DNA of 64,000 bases from NCBI GenBank assembly GCA_017880775.1, contig JADGRQ010000006.1, forward strand, positions 88,047 to 152,046. The letters are read 5' to 3'. The position numbers and the translations under genes are program-made. The stretch is from Burkholderiales bacterium (GTDB lineage: Bacteria > Pseudomonadota > Gammaproteobacteria > Burkholderiales > SG8-39). Below, one piece after another: positions 61,464 to 64,000 of the stretch; the stretch's first letter is position 1; each line of letters starts with the position of its first letter. Below the pieces are notes generated by a model, which was given only the letters and a program-made list of their open reading frames with translations, was not told the origin of the DNA and ran no database searches.

Positions 61464-62423
61464 TTACAGGGTCTTGAGAAAACCCAGCAGCAATTCATTG
61501 ACCGCCGCGGCGCGCTCGCGCTGGATCCAGTGGCCGGCCCGTTCGAGAATGTGGCAGCCGCGAATGCCCGGCAGCGTGCCGGGAAAATTCTCGATCTGCG
61601 CCTTCGAGGCGGGAAATTTCAGCACGCCATCGCGCGCGCCGGCAATGAACATCGAAGGCTGCCGGATGATGCACCCGCGCCACGGCCCGAGCAGTTCCCA
61701 CGAGCGCCGCAGATTGCGATACCAGTTCAGCCCGCCGCGAAATCCGGCGCGCCGGAACTCGCCGGCGTAATAGGCGAGATCGTCCCGGCTCAGCCAGGGC
61801 GGCAGCGCCTCGGGGTCGATGGTGTTGTCGAGGAATCCCTTGCCCGGCGCAAGCAGGCCGAAGCTGGATCGCTCGGGCGCATCGCCCGAGCCGCTGAAAT
61901 AGATGCGGCGCAGCGTAGCCTCGACATCGCGCTCGAACTCGCTTTCCGCAACGCCCGGCTGCTGGAAATACTGCATGTAGAAAGTCTTGATGCCGAGTTT
62001 TTGCAGCGCGCCCAGAAAATCGACGTGGCCGGGGGGCGAAAAGGGCACGCTCATGCCGACCACCGCGCGGAAAATATCGGGCCGCAGCATCGCCGAGTTC
62101 CAAGCCACCGGCCCGCCCCAATCGTGACCGACGATCACCGCCTGGTTTTCGCCCAGCGTCTTGACCAGCTCGACCATGTCGCCGACCAGGTGCAGCAGCG
62201 TGTATTGCTCGATCTCCTGCGGCGCCTCGGTGCCGCCATAGCCGCGCATGTCGGGGGCCACGGCGCGGTATCCGGCGGCCGCCAGCGCCTTCAGCTGGTG
62301 CCGCCACGAGTACCAGGATTCAGGCCAGCCGTGACAGAACAGCACCAGCGGGCCGCTGCCCTGCTCGGCCACGCGCATCCTGATGCCGTTGGCCTGGATC
62401 TCGCGGAAACTCGGCTCGCTCAT
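61464..62423 (-). CDS. alpha/beta hydrolase, epoxide-hydrolase-like
   Basis: Start MSEPSFREIQANGIRM. HGWPESWYSWRHQ (HGWP oxyanion motif), nucleophile elbow GHDWGG, and a C-terminal GHWIQ. Confidence 0.75.
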   Translation of the reverse strand: MSEPSFREIQANGIRMRVAEQGSGPLVLFCHGWPESWYSWRHQLKALAAAGYRAVAPDMRGYGGTEAPQEIEQYTLLHLVGDMVELVKTLGENQAVIVGHDWGGPVAWNSAMLRPDIFRAVVGMSVPFSPPGHVDFLGALQKLGIKTFYMQYFQQPGVAESEFERDVEATLRRIYFSGSGDAPERSSFGLLAPGKGFLDNTIDPEALPPWLSRDDLAYYAGEFRRAGFRGGLNWYRNLRRSWELLGPWRGCIIRQPSMFIAGARDGVLKFPASKAQIENFPGTLPGIRGCHILERAGHWIQRERAAAVNELLLGFLKTL

Positions 62424-62512
62424 GGCATCCCCCTGGAATGGTCGCTGCGATGATATGGCAACATCGCTCTTGCACACCAGTATCGATTCATCAGACAAGG
62501 AGGCAATACATC

Positions 62513-63490
62513 ATGAAAGCATTCGCTCCTCTCGCGCTGGCCGCAACGCTCGCGCTCGCGGTCCTCGCACCGCAGAATGTCCACGCACAAACGTATCCGG
62601 CCAAACCGGTGCGCCTGATCGTCCCGTACGCCCCGGGCGGCGCGACCGACATCATTTCCCGCGCGGCAGCCATCGAACTGACCAAGACGCTCGGCCAGTC
62701 GGTCACGGTGGACAACCGTCCGGGTGCGGGCGGCAACCTCGGCTCGGAGATAGCCGCGCGGTCCGCACCCGACGGCTACACGATGGTGACCTCCGCCAGC
62801 AGCCTGCACGGCATCACCCCGTTTCTGTACACGAAACTGAACTACGACCCGAACAAGGACCTCGTCCCGGTCATCGTGCTGGCCTCGTTTGCCAACGTGC
62901 TGGTGGTAAATCAGGGAGTGAAGGCGAATTCGGTGAAAGAGCTCATCGCGCTCGCGAAGGCGCAGCCGGGCAAGCTTACCTGCGCATCGAGCGGCAGCGG
63001 CTCCACGATCCACATGTCGTGCGAGATGTTCAAGCACATGCTCGGCCTGGACATCACGCACATTCCCTACAAGGGCAGCGGACCGGCGGTCACCGACCTG
63101 ATGGGCGGGCAGGTGGACATGATGTTCGACAATATTCCGTCGTCCATATCGCACATCCGCTCCGGCAAGCTGCGCGCGCTCGCCACCACGGGCGCACAGC
63201 GCGCGGCGTCGCTGCCGGACCTGCCGACCATGGCCGAGGCCGGCGTGCCCGGCTACGAGTCCACCGCGTGGTTCGGCCTCGCGATGCCCGCAGGCACGCC
63301 GAAGGAGATCATCGCCAAGATGAATGCCGAGGGCCAGAAGGCCACCAAGGCGCCCGAGTTCATCAAGCGCATGAGCGACCTCGGCTACGACATCGTCGGC
63401 GGCACGCCCGAACAGATGGCCGCGATGATCCAGGACGAAATCAAGCGCTGGGGCCCGATCGTGAAGGCTTCGGGCGCCAAGGTCGACTGA
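62513..63490 (+). CDS. Bug-family (TctC-like) periplasmic substrate-binding protein
   Basis: Start MKAFAPLALAATLALAVLAPQNVHA. YPAKPVRLIVPYAPGGATD...VDNRPGAGGNLGSEIAARSAPDGYTM. Confidence 0.8.
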   Translation: MKAFAPLALAATLALAVLAPQNVHAQTYPAKPVRLIVPYAPGGATDIISRAAAIELTKTLGQSVTVDNRPGAGGNLGSEIAARSAPDGYTMVTSASSLHGITPFLYTKLNYDPNKDLVPVIVLASFANVLVVNQGVKANSVKELIALAKAQPGKLTCASSGSGSTIHMSCEMFKHMLGLDITHIPYKGSGPAVTDLMGGQVDMMFDNIPSSISHIRSGKLRALATTGAQRAASLPDLPTMAEAGVPGYESTAWFGLAMPAGTPKEIIAKMNAEGQKATKAPEFIKRMSDLGYDIVGGTPEQMAAMIQDEIKRWGPIVKASGAKVD

Positions 63491-63567
63491 GCAATGGCTG
63501 ACGCGGTTCTCGTGACCAGCGTGAGCCGCCGCGTCGGGCGCGGCGGATGCGCTGCGCTGACGACTCG

Positions 63568-64000
63568 TCACGCGCGCAGGGCAAGTGCCGCCGATGGCGG
63601 GCCGGAAAATTCCATCACGCCGTCCTCAACCTTCCCGAACCTGAGCATCATGAGGTCGCGCGCGTAGTTCTGGTGCAGCTTCCACGGCACCCTGGACCCT
63701 TGCTTCGGGAACTTGTGCAGCGAACGCTGGAAATAGCCGGAGGAAAAATCGATCCACGGCTCTTCGGTGATGGAGGGGTCGGTATTTCGCGGGGTGCACT
63801 GCCGAAGCCCGCGCTTCTTCATGTGGTTCAGAAGCCGGCAGACGTACTCGCAGGTCAGATCGCACTTCAGCGTCCACGACGCATTCGTGTACCCGAACGC
63901 CGACGCCAGGTTGGGCATGTCGCTGTACATCATGCCCTTGTAGTTCAGCGTCCTGGCAAGGTCGACGCGTTCGCCGTCGACCGTGATCTGCAGGCCGCTC
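63568..64000 (-). CDS. flavin-containing/Baeyer-Villiger-type monooxygenase (EthA-like), C-terminal part; the 5' end lies beyond the window
   Basis: The frame is open to the window edge (SGLQITVDGERVDLARTLNYKGMMYSDMPNLASAFGYTNASWTLKCDL...), which is typical of the C-terminal region of EthA-like FMOs. Confidence 0.6.
   Translation of the reverse strand, partial: SGLQITVDGERVDLARTLNYKGMMYSDMPNLASAFGYTNASWTLKCDLTCEYVCRLLNHMKKRGLRQCTPRNTDPSITEEPWIDFSSGYFQRSLHKFPKQGSRVPWKLHQNYARDLMMLRFGKVEDGVMEFSGPPSAALALRA

Noticed and set aside
62420-63571. 383-aa minus-strand ORF opposite the Bug-family binding protein
   Set aside because: Antisense artefact. The plus-strand product has a signal peptide and the Bug family signature.

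Overview
High-GC, betaproteobacterium-like chromosomal window; the taxonomic guess rests on two Bug/TctC binding proteins and on gene order, and exact GC was not computed. About two thirds is conserved housekeeping sequence. This includes trpF'-truA-fimV-asd-leuBDC, then der-bamB-yfgM-hisS-ispG-rodZ-pilF-rlmN-ndk, then tilS-accA-alkA-HNH-hupB. These blocks are interrupted by catabolic and transport modules. The accessory content falls into four parts. (1) A compact ~5.06 kb integrative element sits in tRNA-Arg(ACG), bounded by a perfect 55-nt direct repeat (52177-52231 = 57181-57235). It carries a tyrosine integrase, an Xis-like HTH protein and an HUH rolling-circle Rep, with no virion or transfer genes. 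Its cargo is four uncharacterised genes, one resembling a Rap1a/Tai4-type periplasmic immunity protein. (2) An AT-richer accessory block (about 45.2-52.2 kb) lies directly beside the element. It holds an NMO-like/GT2/small-peptide operon, MarR-like and Crp/Fnr regulators, a CrtI-like oxidoreductase, CoxG, DUF3309 and CsbD genes. (3) A ~455 bp strongly AT-rich cassette (22.32-22.78 kb) with one ORF of unknown function has replaced the middle of a duplicated pair of small secreted-protein genes and kept their SD and start codon. (4) A HisD-family/SDR/Zn-ADH trio plus a NitT/TauT-type ABC transporter (9.1-15.7 kb) matches the hpsNOP dihydroxypropanesulfonate-oxidation pattern. No CRISPR array, rRNA or IS transposase was found. 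Many long ORFs in the supplied track are antisense or extension artefacts of the high GC content and were trimmed or rejected. All functional calls rest on motif recognition by eye and none was checked against a database.
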